Both the position numbers and the translations under genes were made by a program. Below are positions 19,058-28,296 of a stretch of DNA of 50,557 nucleotides, piece after piece. Below the pieces are notes generated by a model that was not told the DNA's origin, did not search any database, and saw only the letters and a list, made by a program, of their open reading frames with translations. Position 1 is the stretch's first letter. Each line of letters opens with the position of its first letter. The stretch comes from a virus (taxonomy: Duplodnaviria; Caudoviricetes): IMG/VR virus record IMGVR_UViG_3300020477_000041, positions 1 to 50,557 of that record; one strand, given 5' to 3'.

Positions 19058-19531
19058 ATGGATAAAGTTTTGTATGCAACACTCTACTATCCGAGTTTGT
19101 ATGAAGTCAATGATATGTCACAGAAATATGAAGTTACTTTAGGTAATCTTCACAGTGACACAGTTGACGAACTTGAAAACGCTGGCGTTAATGTACGAAT
19201 TGGAGAGGGCAAAAAGGAAGATTTTGAATCTTTTATTGTTGCTCGTTCTAAGTTTCCTATTAAAGTTTTGGATGCAGCAGGAAATCCGTGGAACCCTGAT
19301 GTACGAATAGGCAATGGCACTTATGCCAAAGCTTCTATTCACACTTATCCTTATAACTACAAAGGAAAGAAAGGCGTTGGTATTGGTGTTAATGCAGTTA
19401 TGGTTCTTGAGTTGCAAGAGTACAAGCCTAACAGCATTTCTCTTGATCCAGAGCCACAGTATTTTAACACCAGTGTTCTTGAGTCTTCCAATGTCTTGAG
19501 GACGAATGATCTTGAACAAGAATTGATGTAA
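19058..19531 (+). CDS. ssb: Single-stranded DNA-binding protein (T7 gp2.5-like)
   Basis: Start ATG19058 after AAGGAG; RIGNGT, Y.YKGKKGVGIGVNAVMVLELQEY pattern; follows polA. Confidence 0.75.
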   Translation: MDKVLYATLYYPSLYEVNDMSQKYEVTLGNLHSDTVDELENAGVNVRIGEGKKEDFESFIVARSKFPIKVLDAAGNPWNPDVRIGNGTYAKASIHTYPYNYKGKKGVGIGVNAVMVLELQEYKPNSISLDPEPQYFNTSVLESSNVLRTNDLEQELM

Positions 19532-19542
19532 GTCTAAGTGGG

Positions 19543-19680
19543 GTAACTCTAATCGTGAGTTACAGTATCCATAGTGAGGGTCAGCATTGCTGCGGGAATT
19601 GGATACAAATTGATAGAAGAATCACTCTTCTATTTTTACTAAAAGACTAAGACATCCTGAGTACGATGTAAAACTGCTCA
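19543..19680 (+). ncRNA. Putative structured RNA: three hairpins plus H-type pseudoknot
   Basis: Stems GTAACTC/GAGTTAC, GTATCCA/TGGATAC, ATAGAAGA/TCTTCTAT, and ACATC/GATGT whose loop TGAGTA pairs with TGCTCA. Confidence 0.45.
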
Positions 19681-19690
19681 AGTTTTTTTT

Positions 19691-19767
19691 GGTTCCGTAG
19701 CTCAACAGGATAGAGCAATAGACTTCTAATCTATAGGTTGTAGGTTCAAGTCCTACCGGGACCGCCA
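19691..19767 (+). tRNA. tRNA-Arg (anticodon TCT)
   Basis: Acceptor GGTTCCG/CGGGACC, anticodon stem ATAGA/TCTAT with loop CTTCTAA, T-arm GGTTCAAGTCC, encoded CCA. Confidence 0.95.
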
Positions 19768-19788
19768 AAATGAAAAAGGACTATATAG

Positions 19789-20241
19789 ATGCCTTTAAAA
19801 GACAAAGAACAACGACGAAAATATTATAAAGAATACAATTCGCGTCCAGAAAATAAGGAACGAAAAAAGAAAGAAAGCAAAAGAAGTTATCGCAATTTTG
19901 AAAAACCATTTTTCGTTCAGAATTTTAACACTAAAAAAAGATCGAGCAATAAAAAATTCCCTGACCGAATTTTTAATATAACCTTAGAGTATTTACAGGA
20001 GATATTTCCTGAAGATAAAAAATGTCCTGTATTAAATATTAAATTCAAAGTAAACAATTTTGGCCCCGGTGACCATTCACCAAGTATTGATAGAATTGAT
20101 AATGATAAAGGATATGAAATAGGAAATGTTATTTGGGTTTGTCAGAAAGTTAACAATATTAAAACAAATGCTACGCCAGATGAAATAATAAAAGTAGGAA
20201 AGTTCTACAAAAAGTTACTTGAAGAAAGGTCTTTAGAATGA
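19789..20241 (+). CDS. HNH-like (homing-type) endonuclease
   Basis: CPVL ... SPSIDRIDNDKGYEIGNVIWVC..VN..K; basic N-terminal helix. Confidence 0.75.
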   Translation: MPLKDKEQRRKYYKEYNSRPENKERKKKESKRSYRNFEKPFFVQNFNTKKRSSNKKFPDRIFNITLEYLQEIFPEDKKCPVLNIKFKVNNFGPGDHSPSIDRIDNDKGYEIGNVIWVCQKVNNIKTNATPDEIIKVGKFYKKLLEERSLE

Positions 20242-21098
20242 CAGTTGAGAAAACAATTCATACTTTAATACCTGATATAAAGAATCTTATATCTGAAGGT
20301 AAGACTGATATAGATGAAGATAACATCGACATCTTTCTTAAAGCTATTACTAGTGATTTAAAGAATTTTCTTAATCCTAAAGAGAAGTCTCGTTCTGGTT
20401 ATCTTCGCATGTCCAGCATAGGCAGAGAAGACAGAAAGATTTGGTACGATGTACACAACAAGACACAAGTTAAACATCCTCCAGAGTTACTGTTAAAATT
20501 CTTTTATGGTAATATAGTAGAAGCTTTGATGTTGTTTCTAGCTGCTGAATCAGGACACAAAGTAACTAATCAACAAGAAGAGGTAAAGATAGAAGGCATT
20601 ACAGGTCACATTGACGCTATGATAGATGGTGCTGTTGTTGATGTTAAGTCTGCTTCTACTCGCGCTTTTAGAAAATTTAAAACAAAAACACTTTTAGGAA
20701 ATGATCCTTTTGGATACATTGGTCAGATCAGTGGTTACATGGACGCAAAGAATGTTCTTGAAGGTGGCTTTCTTGCGTTTGACAAAAGCACTGGCGATAT
20801 CACTTTTATGATGGTCGATGAGTTGACGAAAATAAACGCTACGGACAGAATAAAACATTTGAAAGAGGTTATTTCGCTTGACAGTCCACCAGAGAAGTGC
20901 TATGAACCTGTACCTCTCGGAGTTCAAGGGAACTATACATTAAGCACAGGCTGTTCCTATTGTGATTATAAAAATATATGTTGGAAAGGTGCTAATAACG
21001 GTTCTGGACTACGAGTGTTTCAATACTCTAACAGTTTAAAATATTTTACTCACGTTGAAGTAGAACCAAGAGTAGAGGAAGTTACTAATGAGTTATGA
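20238..21098 (+). CDS. PD-(D/E)XK exonuclease (Cas4-like phage family)
   Basis: LRMSSIG, GHIDA, VDVKS, Q..GY, C-terminal CSYCDYKNIC. Confidence 0.8.
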   Translation: MTVEKTIHTLIPDIKNLISEGKTDIDEDNIDIFLKAITSDLKNFLNPKEKSRSGYLRMSSIGREDRKIWYDVHNKTQVKHPPELLLKFFYGNIVEALMLFLAAESGHKVTNQQEEVKIEGITGHIDAMIDGAVVDVKSASTRAFRKFKTKTLLGNDPFGYIGQISGYMDAKNVLEGGFLAFDKSTGDITFMMVDELTKINATDRIKHLKEVISLDSPPEKCYEPVPLGVQGNYTLSTGCSYCDYKNICWKGANNGSGLRVFQYSNSLKYFTHVEVEPRVEEVTNEL

Positions 21099-22719
21099 AA
21101 GTAAGTACGAAAAGACTCACCAACCTTGTGCTGATTGTGGATCAAGTGATGCCTTAACAATCTACAAGGATGGTGGGACTTATTGCTTTTCTTGTGGAAA
21201 AGCTAGTTTGCCAGATAAAGACACTTCTGATATTAGAGTTGTAGAAAACAACAATCTAACTTTAGGAGATGTGTCTGCAATAGAACAAAGAAGAATACAC
21301 AAGGAAACTTGTATTAAGTATAATGTTATGCAGAAGACTGTCAAAGGCAAGTCTGTGCATATCTATCCTTATTACAACTCCGGTGGTTTTCACATTGCAA
21401 GTAAGATACGATTTGTTCCTAAACATTTTTTGATAGAAGGACACATTGCTAAGACAGGTTTCTTTGGTCAACAAGCTTTTGGTAAAGGTGGAAAATACAT
21501 TACCATTTGCGAAGGCGAGATAGATGCTTTGTCAGCTTATCAAATGTTTGACAGCAAGTGGCCGTTTATATCTGTTAGAACAGGTGCAGGATCAATTGAG
21601 AAAGATATCAACGATAATTATGATTTTCTTAACAAGTTTGAGAACATAATTATATGTTTTGATAATGACGATGCAGGAAAGATTGCAGCAAAAGTAGCTT
21701 CTGAGTTACTTGCTCCTAAAGCTTCTGTTGTTCGTATGAGGTACAAAGACCCTAACGAGTATTTGTTAAAAGGTAAGGTAGCTGAGTTTAAACAGGATTG
21801 GTGGAACGCTGAAAGATACACACCGGAAGGTATTGTGTCAGGAGATAGTCTTTGGGATGAGTTGTTAAAAGGACCAGAGAAGGCTATTGTTCAGTATCCT
21901 TATAATGGCATTAACAAAGCTACTTATGGTTTAAGAAGCGGAGAGCTTGTTTGTATATGTGCAGGAACAGGTATTGGTAAATCTAGTTTTATGAGAGAAA
22001 TATGTTATCATATTATATCTCACACAGATAACAATGTTGGCCTTTTGTTTCTTGAAGAACCTATCAGAACTACAGCTAAAGCTTTGATGGGCGTTCACTC
22101 AAGCAAGAACTATCATCTTCCTAATGCTGAATACACTATGGAAGAGTACAAAGATGCTTATGACAACACTGTAGGAAGTGGAAGAATATTCTTCTTTGAT
22201 CATTTTGGTTCTAACGCAATTGAGAACATTACAAACAGAATAAGGTACATGGTAAAGATACTTAAATGTAAGTACATTGTTCTTGACCACATATCTATTC
22301 TTGTCAGTTCTCAAGAGTTTGGAATGGATGAAAGAAGAAACATAGATCAGTGTATGACTAAGCTACGTACTCTTGTTCAAGAGCTTGACATTTGTCTTAT
22401 CATTGCAAGCCATCTAAGACGAACTCAAGACGGTTCACATGAAGAAGGTAAAGAGTTGTCATTGAACCACCTTAGAGGATCGCATTCAATTGGTCAGCTA
22501 AGTGACATTGTACTTGGGTTGGAACGCAACGGACAAGCTGATTGTCCTGTTGAAAGAAACACAACAAAAGTACGTGTCATTAAGAATAGGTTCAGTGGAA
22601 TAACTGGTCTTTGTAGTACTTTGTTCTACGATACAAATACAGGAAGACTGAATGAAGTTTCTTCTGAAACCAATATTGCAAACCATGTGAACGATGTTAA
22701 AGATAACGAGTTAATGTAA
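21088..22719 (+). CDS. Primase-helicase (T7 gp4-like)
   Basis: Zn ribbon CADC..YCFSC; TOPRIM EGEIDA, DND.AG; Walker A AGTGIGKS; LDHI; LRGS.SIGQLSD; KNRFSG. Confidence 0.95.
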   Translation: MSYESKYEKTHQPCADCGSSDALTIYKDGGTYCFSCGKASLPDKDTSDIRVVENNNLTLGDVSAIEQRRIHKETCIKYNVMQKTVKGKSVHIYPYYNSGGFHIASKIRFVPKHFLIEGHIAKTGFFGQQAFGKGGKYITICEGEIDALSAYQMFDSKWPFISVRTGAGSIEKDINDNYDFLNKFENIIICFDNDDAGKIAAKVASELLAPKASVVRMRYKDPNEYLLKGKVAEFKQDWWNAERYTPEGIVSGDSLWDELLKGPEKAIVQYPYNGINKATYGLRSGELVCICAGTGIGKSSFMREICYHIISHTDNNVGLLFLEEPIRTTAKALMGVHSSKNYHLPNAEYTMEEYKDAYDNTVGSGRIFFFDHFGSNAIENITNRIRYMVKILKCKYIVLDHISILVSSQEFGMDERRNIDQCMTKLRTLVQELDICLIIASHLRRTQDGSHEEGKELSLNHLRGSHSIGQLSDIVLGLERNGQADCPVERNTTKVRVIKNRFSGITGLCSTLFYDTNTGRLNEVSSETNIANHVNDVKDNELM

Positions 22720-22720
22720 C

Positions 22721-23116
22721 ATGCCTATTTATGTTCAACAAAAAGTTCTTCCAGAAGATGTCATCAATAACAGTAACGTAATGTTTGCGTATCTGGAAAA
22801 TGACAAAAAATCTGGAGGAACTGCGTTAGCTATTTTTCTTAGAGATTCTGAACAAGGAATAGGTTTAAGATTAAAGAAAGCTCACGGTGATCAGATAGGA
22901 TGTTACTGGGACGATAAGGAGTTCAGATACAACACAGATAAAATGAAAGAAGATATAGGAAGTTTGGAAGATTTTTTAAAGAACAACGGAACTGCTGTAT
23001 TTGCAAAAGGAGATTTTGATTCCTATAATGAAGATAGGTTTCTTGAGATATCTCCACGTTCTTACAAGTACTTTAAAAATAGAATAACCAAACTTCTTCG
23101 TATCTACAGACCGTAG
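22721..23116 (+). CDS. Hypothetical protein
   Basis: ORF packed within the operon. Confidence 0.55.
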   Translation: MPIYVQQKVLPEDVINNSNVMFAYLENDKKSGGTALAIFLRDSEQGIGLRLKKAHGDQIGCYWDDKEFRYNTDKMKEDIGSLEDFLKNNGTAVFAKGDFDSYNEDRFLEISPRSYKYFKNRITKLLRIYRP

Positions 23117-23117
23117 C

Positions 23118-23507
23118 ATGGCTAAAAAATATAAAGACTATAGGTTTCGCTCTTTGTTTGAAAGAGACTTTGCTCGTGATCTTGAAGATAGAAATATAGA
23201 TTACGAGTACGAAACTAAGAAACTGTCTTGGATTCCAAAACCTAGAGTTTATACTCCTGACTTTTATCTTCCAGACTATGATCTTTATATAGAAACTAAA
23301 GGAAGGTTTACGTCTTCTGACAGAGTAAAACATCTTCGTGTAGCAGATCAACATCCTGACATTGATCTTAGGTTTGTGTTTATGACACCGTTTAACAAAC
23401 TTTCAAGATCATCTAAAACGACGTATGGTGATTGGTGTACTAAGAATGGTTTTACATTTTCTAAAGAAAGGATACCAAAAGAATGGATGAAGAAGAAGAA
23501 GAGATAA
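23118..23507 (+). CDS. Holliday-junction endonuclease (T7 endonuclease I-like)
   Basis: FRSLFE, YTPDF, IETKGRF, HPDIDLRFVF, TTYGDWC. Confidence 0.9.
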   Translation: MAKKYKDYRFRSLFERDFARDLEDRNIDYEYETKKLSWIPKPRVYTPDFYLPDYDLYIETKGRFTSSDRVKHLRVADQHPDIDLRFVFMTPFNKLSRSSKTTYGDWCTKNGFTFSKERIPKEWMKKKKR

Positions 23508-23872
23508 GAGAAATTCTTGAAGATGAGAGAAAGGATTTAAAGCCTAACAGAGTGTATATTATTCTTGAAGATATTGAAAAAAATCCTTTAAGAGAGAACG
23601 CACTTTTTACAGAATTAGATGAGGAAGAAGAAGTTGATAATGGTTATTTCAATGTAAAGGTTATTGATACAACTAAAAATAGTGATCCAAGAGAATCAAT
23701 GTCTTTTATAATTTCTCAAGGACTCTTTTGTATACTTCAAGAATCTTTGATGGAAGTTTATACGAAAGGTTCTCAATATATTCTTAATCAAATGGGTGAT
23801 AATGTTGTAGACCTTTTACCCAATTTATTGAACAAAGCGAAAGGACCGCCGAATGGCAGCGGATACCATTAA
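23483..23872 (+). CDS. Acidic hypothetical protein
   Basis: ORF overlapping its neighbours in the operon. Confidence 0.55.
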   Translation: MDEEEEEIREILEDERKDLKPNRVYIILEDIEKNPLRENALFTELDEEEEVDNGYFNVKVIDTTKNSDPRESMSFIISQGLFCILQESLMEVYTKGSQYILNQMGDNVVDLLPNLLNKAKGPPNGSGYH

Positions 23873-24071
23873 TCATCCTAAACATTACAATATGCAAGGG
23901 CTAGAAGCTATTGATATCATTCAAGCTTCTATGACTGATGAGGAGTTCAGAGGTTACCTAAAAGGTAACATTTTAAAGTATCTTATAAGATACAAACATA
24001 AGGGAAAACCAGAAGAGGACTTGTTAAAATCTTCTTGGTATCTTAACAAACTTACGGAGGGAGTAAAATAA
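23853..24071 (+). CDS. DUF3310 protein (T7 gp1.7-like nucleotide kinase family)
   Basis: INHPKHY, EAIDII, GNILKYLIRY..KG...EDL.K..WYL. Confidence 0.85.
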   Translation: MAADTINHPKHYNMQGLEAIDIIQASMTDEEFRGYLKGNILKYLIRYKHKGKPEEDLLKSSWYLNKLTEGVK

Positions 24072-24073
24072 AT

Positions 24074-25984
24074 ATGTTGCCAACAGATTATCAAAACTTT
24101 ATACATCTATCTCGGTACTCACGATGGATAGATCAAGAAGAAAGAAGAGAAAATTGGAAAGAAACTATTGATAGGTATCTGTCATTTATGTCAGACCACC
24201 TTAAAGACAATTACAACTATACTATTCCAGATGATATGTATTCTGAAATAGAAACTTCTATGTTAAATCTTGAAGTTCTAGGTTCAATGAGAGCATTGAT
24301 GACTGCTGGTCCTGCTCTTAAAAGAGAGAACATTGCAGGGTATAACTGTTCTTATCTTCCTGTAGATTCACCACGATCTTTTGATGAGTGTTTGTACATT
24401 CTTATGAATGGAACTGGTGTAGGTTTTTCAGTAGAACGACAGTATGTCAACAAACTCCCTACCATTCCTGATACTGACTTTGAAAGTTCTGATGATCTTA
24501 TTTCTGTTGCAGATTCTAAAGAAGGTTGGGCAAGAGGGTTACGTGATCTTATTTCTTTTTTATATACCAATCGTATTCCTAAAATAGATACGTCAAAGAT
24601 TAGACCGGCTGGTGCTAGACTTAAAACTTTTGGTGGACGAGCTTCTGGACCTGAACCTCTTGTTGATTTGTTTGACTTTACAATTAACACGTTTAAGAAA
24701 GCTAAAGGTAGAAAGTTAACGTCAATAGAATGTCACGACATTATGTGTAAGATTGGACAGGTTGTTGTTGTAGGTGGAGTGCGTAGGTCTGCACTTATAT
24801 CTTTGTCAAACTTAACCGATGAACGTATGCGTATGGCTAAGAGCGGAGAATGGTGGATAGATAATCCTCAAAGAGCTTTGGCTAACAACTCTGTTTGTTA
24901 CACAGAGAAACCTGACATTGGTATCTTTATGAAAGAATGGTTGTCACTGTATGAAAGTAAAAGTGGTGAACGTGGAATCTTTAATAGAGTTTCTGCAAAA
25001 GAAAAAGCTTCTTCTAATGGTAGAAGAGATGGTGATATAGATTTTGGAACTAATCCTTGTTGTGAGATTATTCTTAGACCTTATCAGTTTTGTAATTTGT
25101 CAGAAGTTGTTTGTCGCCATGATGATACTATAGATACATTGTTAGATAAGGTTAGGATTGCTACAATTCTAGGAACATTTCAAGCTACGTTAACTAATTT
25201 TAATTATCTTCGTAAAAGGTGGAAAGATACAACAGAAGAAGAGAGATTGCTTGGTGTGTCACTTACAGGAATTATGGATTGTCCTGCTGTTTACAATGCG
25301 ACAGAAGAAGAACTGCAATGGCTAAAAGAAATGGCAGTTGTTGCTAACATAAATTTGTCAGCCGACATAGGGATTAATCAAAGCACCGCTGTCACTTGTG
25401 TCAAACCATCAGGCACAGTGTCACAGTTGGTTGATGCTGCTTCTGGTATTCACGCAAGACACAACGATTACTTTATTCGTACTGTAAGAGGAGACAACAA
25501 AGACCCGTTGACTGAGTTTATGCGTGATATGAATATTCCAAACGAACCTGACTTTACGTCACCGGATAGTGTCACTGTATTTTCATTTCCTATGAAAAGT
25601 CCAGACAACGCAATTTGTAGAAATGATATGTCAGCGTTAGAACAGCTAGAGTTGTGGTTGAAGATTGCAAACAATTATTGTGAACACAAACCTTCTGTCA
25701 CTATTTCTGTCAAAGAACACGAATGGCTTGAAGTAGGTTCTTGGTGTTGGAATAACTTTGGAGCATTGTCAGGAATATCTTTTCTACCATTCTCTGAACA
25801 CACATACAAACAAGCACCTTATCAAGATATAGACAAGAATATGTATCTTGATTTGTCAACTAAAATGCCTTTGTCAATTGATTGGGATAAACTTCAACAA
25901 TATGAAAAAGGCGACACTACAACAGGAACGCAAGAACTAGCATGTACTGGTGGAGTTTGTGAAATTGTAGACATAGGAGCGTAG
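24074..25984 (+). CDS. nrdJ: Class II (adenosylcobalamin-dependent) ribonucleotide reductase
   Basis: GYNCSY, GGVRRSALI, TNPCCEI, QFCNLSE, KPSGTVSQL, C-terminal ELACTGGVCEI; no small-subunit gene present. Confidence 0.9.
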   Translation: MLPTDYQNFIHLSRYSRWIDQEERRENWKETIDRYLSFMSDHLKDNYNYTIPDDMYSEIETSMLNLEVLGSMRALMTAGPALKRENIAGYNCSYLPVDSPRSFDECLYILMNGTGVGFSVERQYVNKLPTIPDTDFESSDDLISVADSKEGWARGLRDLISFLYTNRIPKIDTSKIRPAGARLKTFGGRASGPEPLVDLFDFTINTFKKAKGRKLTSIECHDIMCKIGQVVVVGGVRRSALISLSNLTDERMRMAKSGEWWIDNPQRALANNSVCYTEKPDIGIFMKEWLSLYESKSGERGIFNRVSAKEKASSNGRRDGDIDFGTNPCCEIILRPYQFCNLSEVVCRHDDTIDTLLDKVRIATILGTFQATLTNFNYLRKRWKDTTEEERLLGVSLTGIMDCPAVYNATEEELQWLKEMAVVANINLSADIGINQSTAVTCVKPSGTVSQLVDAASGIHARHNDYFIRTVRGDNKDPLTEFMRDMNIPNEPDFTSPDSVTVFSFPMKSPDNAICRNDMSALEQLELWLKIANNYCEHKPSVTISVKEHEWLEVGSWCWNNFGALSGISFLPFSEHTYKQAPYQDIDKNMYLDLSTKMPLSIDWDKLQQYEKGDTTTGTQELACTGGVCEIVDIGA

Positions 25985-25986
25985 AA

Positions 25987-26073
25987 ATGATTTCAACAAT
26001 AATAATTAGTACTATTTGTTTTTTGTCAGTTCCAGTAATTTTGTCAACCTTATACCTTTTGTCAAACATTTAA
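25987..26073 (+). CDS. 28-aa hydrophobic micropeptide
   Basis: SD AGGAG; MISTIIISTICFLSVPVILSTLYLLSNI; overlaps the TGTCA array, so could be spurious. Confidence 0.35.
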   Translation: MISTIIISTICFLSVPVILSTLYLLSNI

Positions 26074-26074
26074 C

Positions 26075-26308
26075 ATGTCAACCGATAACATAGAAGCTTT
26101 GTTGTCACAGATTACGGTAACGCTGACGCAAGATAGTACTATTGTTGTAAAGCAAAGAGTAACGGATATAGGAAATTTGTTATCAGTATTCGAAGAAGAC
26201 ATGCCAGACTATCCTTATATCATACCATTGAAAAACTACATAATAGACTTACAAACTGTAACAAAAGATTATCTTGATAGTTTGAATAAAATATCTATAT
26301 CTGATTAA
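26075..26308 (+). CDS. Hypothetical protein
   Basis: 77-aa ORF before the hairpin. Confidence 0.5.
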   Translation: MSTDNIEALLSQITVTLTQDSTIVVKQRVTDIGNLLSVFEEDMPDYPYIIPLKNYIIDLQTVTKDYLDSLNKISISD

Positions 26309-26333
26309 ACTTATATCTGGTTTAAATAAAATT

Positions 26334-26373
26334 AAGGCTCGGTGCATTTTGTCTATTGACTGCACCGGGCCTT
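26334..26373 (+). terminator. Stem-loop ending the replication module
   Basis: AAGGCTCGGTGCA/TGCACCGGGCCTT 13-bp stem followed by TCGTTTATT. Confidence 0.6.
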
Positions 26374-26424
26374 TCGTTTATTGAATAGCATTCGATACCA
26401 CAAACCGCAGAAAAAGGGCCAAAA

Positions 26425-26613
26425 ATGCGCACACATACTAAAACCGAATACACTCGCCGCGCCGATGGTAAATGGAACAAATGGGAACTGCACCCCGCTG
26501 ATGTTTTCGGCGATTATAGCCACGTTGAGGATTGCAGCAATCGCAATTCTTATATCCAGAAAGTTTGGATTCTTACTGGTGTTTTCGATTGGGAGATTAC
26601 CGTTGAGAACTGA
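26425..26613 (+). CDS. Hypothetical protein (62 aa)
   Basis: SD AAAGGG before ATG. Confidence 0.5.
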   Translation: MRTHTKTEYTRRADGKWNKWELHPADVFGDYSHVEDCSNRNSYIQKVWILTGVFDWEITVEN

Positions 26614-26884
26614 TAATAAGTTTAAATTTATTGTTGAAAGTAAACATCCTCAGCATTTAGATTTTCATTTTTATGCTTCGTCAGGTGCAATTTGGGCTGT
26701 TGATAGTGACGTGGATAAACTAATTTATGATATGAAGAAAGATGGTTATAGTTTTGGTTTGTGGTTTATTCCACACAGTATCAAAACAACTTATGATATA
26801 AAGTTATTTGCTCCTGTTATAGACGGAGCTTTATATCTAGGATATTATGAGTTGCAGCAAAACCTTAACAATGAGGTAAAATAA
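26603..26884 (+). CDS. Hypothetical protein (3' part of ORF 26381..26884)
   Basis: TTG26603 after GGGAG; overlaps the upstream stop. Confidence 0.45.
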   Translation: MRTDNKFKFIVESKHPQHLDFHFYASSGAIWAVDSDVDKLIYDMKKDGYSFGLWFIPHSIKTTYDIKLFAPVIDGALYLGYYELQQNLNNEVK

Positions 26885-27261
26885 TGCGCGAGTGGGATAG
26901 CCTTACGTTTACTTATAACGTGATATCAGGCGAAGCTTTCCCTAGTGTCGAAACAGCGGAGAAATTTAAACAATGGCGTAAAGATATAAGCGAATGTGAA
27001 GTCTATACTTCCATTTCGCTTTACTATTTAGATTTTATATATGACGTAATGGGTGAACTGGAACGCCAGCGTGATATACTAGAAAAAGAAGAAGAGGATA
27101 ACTTTAACAAACCGCTTTCACGTTATCTATGGGAAAAATTATTGGAAAGTAATTATACTATAATGCCTAAATGGTATTACAACAAAATCGAATGCGATAG
27201 GCGGTATGATGAATACTGCCACGCATTTAATCGTAATAATAGGAATACGGAGAACGATTAA
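26884..27261 (+). CDS. Hypothetical protein
   Basis: TAATG coupling and SD GAGG. Confidence 0.55.
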   Translation: MREWDSLTFTYNVISGEAFPSVETAEKFKQWRKDISECEVYTSISLYYLDFIYDVMGELERQRDILEKEEEDNFNKPLSRYLWEKLLESNYTIMPKWYYNKIECDRRYDEYCHAFNRNNRNTEND

Positions 27262-27262
27262 T

Positions 27263-27859
27263 ATGCTTAAAATAAGCACAATGTCTGGAAAGCTTAAAGG
27301 CTTTAAAGCTTTAAACACAAACACACTATCAAATGATTTTTGTGTTAAGATGTACAATAGCGGAAAGAATGACGTTATTTGTACATTTTGTTATAGTCAC
27401 CGAATGCTTAATACTTATCGCAAGTCTTGTGTCGATCCGTGGCAGAATAACAGTGATCTACTTAGTAAATCCTTATTAAAAGATTATCAAATACCACGTA
27501 TCACAGAAAGTGAATTTAGGTTTCACGGTCATGGTGAATTGATAAACAGAACACATTTAAGGAATTTAGCGTTAATTGCAGAACACAATTCTCATTGTAA
27601 CTTTGCGTTGTGGACAAAGCGCAAAAATATTGTTCGTGAAGTGTTTGATGATCAGGAACGACCGTTTAACTTAATTCTAATTTATTCTAATCCTGTTATT
27701 GATAAAGTTATGAGAAAGCCACCAAAACGATTTGACAAAGTGTTCAACAATGTCAATAGTCCTACTGATGGCGAGAATTGCACAGGTCAAAAGTGCAAAG
27801 ATTGTTTAGCTTGTTATGAGTTTAATGATACCAACGTAATCATCGAAAGGAAAAAGTAA
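27263..27859 (+). CDS. Gp88-like Cys-rich phage protein
   Basis: Start ATG27263 after GGAG; ICTFCYS, FRFHGHGEL, FALWTKR, C-terminal CTGQKCKDCLACY. Confidence 0.6.
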   Translation: MLKISTMSGKLKGFKALNTNTLSNDFCVKMYNSGKNDVICTFCYSHRMLNTYRKSCVDPWQNNSDLLSKSLLKDYQIPRITESEFRFHGHGELINRTHLRNLALIAEHNSHCNFALWTKRKNIVREVFDDQERPFNLILIYSNPVIDKVMRKPPKRFDKVFNNVNSPTDGENCTGQKCKDCLACYEFNDTNVIIERKK

Positions 27860-27862
27860 GTA

Positions 27863-28264
27863 ATGGAAACACAAACAACTGAGTTTTTTACAGGACGCGA
27901 CGAGCTTCAAAAGCTAGGAGCTTTTAATAATAATATCCAAAACTGGATAGACTTACTTGGCAATAATATCTTCACGGTACAATTTGTCAAAGAAAATGGT
28001 TCTCTGAGAACTATAACCGGACGCTTGAATTGTCATAAGTTTACGAAATCAGGTAAACCACGAAACAGAGTTAATGATGAAACTTTGTGTATGTTTGATA
28101 TGAAGTATCGTTGTTATCGTAATGTCAACATTAATCGTGTTGTTACTTTGTCTTGTCATAATGTTGTGTTTAGGTATAGCACCCATCACGTTCTACGAAC
28201 TTTGGCTGATAAACACGGTCCTTTTTACACAAACATTGTCAATCACAAGGATTGTCAACAATAA
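27863..28264 (+). CDS. SH3/WYL_2-like beta-barrel phage protein
   Basis: FTVQFVKENGSLRTITGRL ... MFDM....YRNVN. Confidence 0.6.
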   Translation: METQTTEFFTGRDELQKLGAFNNNIQNWIDLLGNNIFTVQFVKENGSLRTITGRLNCHKFTKSGKPRNRVNDETLCMFDMKYRCYRNVNINRVVTLSCHNVVFRYSTHHVLRTLADKHGPFYTNIVNHKDCQQ

Positions 28265-28296
28265 GTTTTGTCAACCATAAAGTTTTGTCAACCATA
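28237..28296 (+). repeat. Array of four TTGTCAA at 16-17 bp spacing, including a perfect 17-bp tandem (aagttttgtcaaccata x2)
   Basis: TGTCA at 28237, 28253, 28269, 28286; tandem copies 28263-79 and 28280-96. Confidence 0.85.

Noticed and set aside
19691-19767. tRNA as attP or prophage boundary
   Set aside because: The tRNA is complete, no duplicated 3' fragment was seen, and no host genes occur in the window.
28237-28296. Possible mini-CRISPR array
   Set aside because: Repeats are 7-17 bp with no unique 25-40 bp spacers; the Cas4-like nuclease is a usual replication-module exonuclease.
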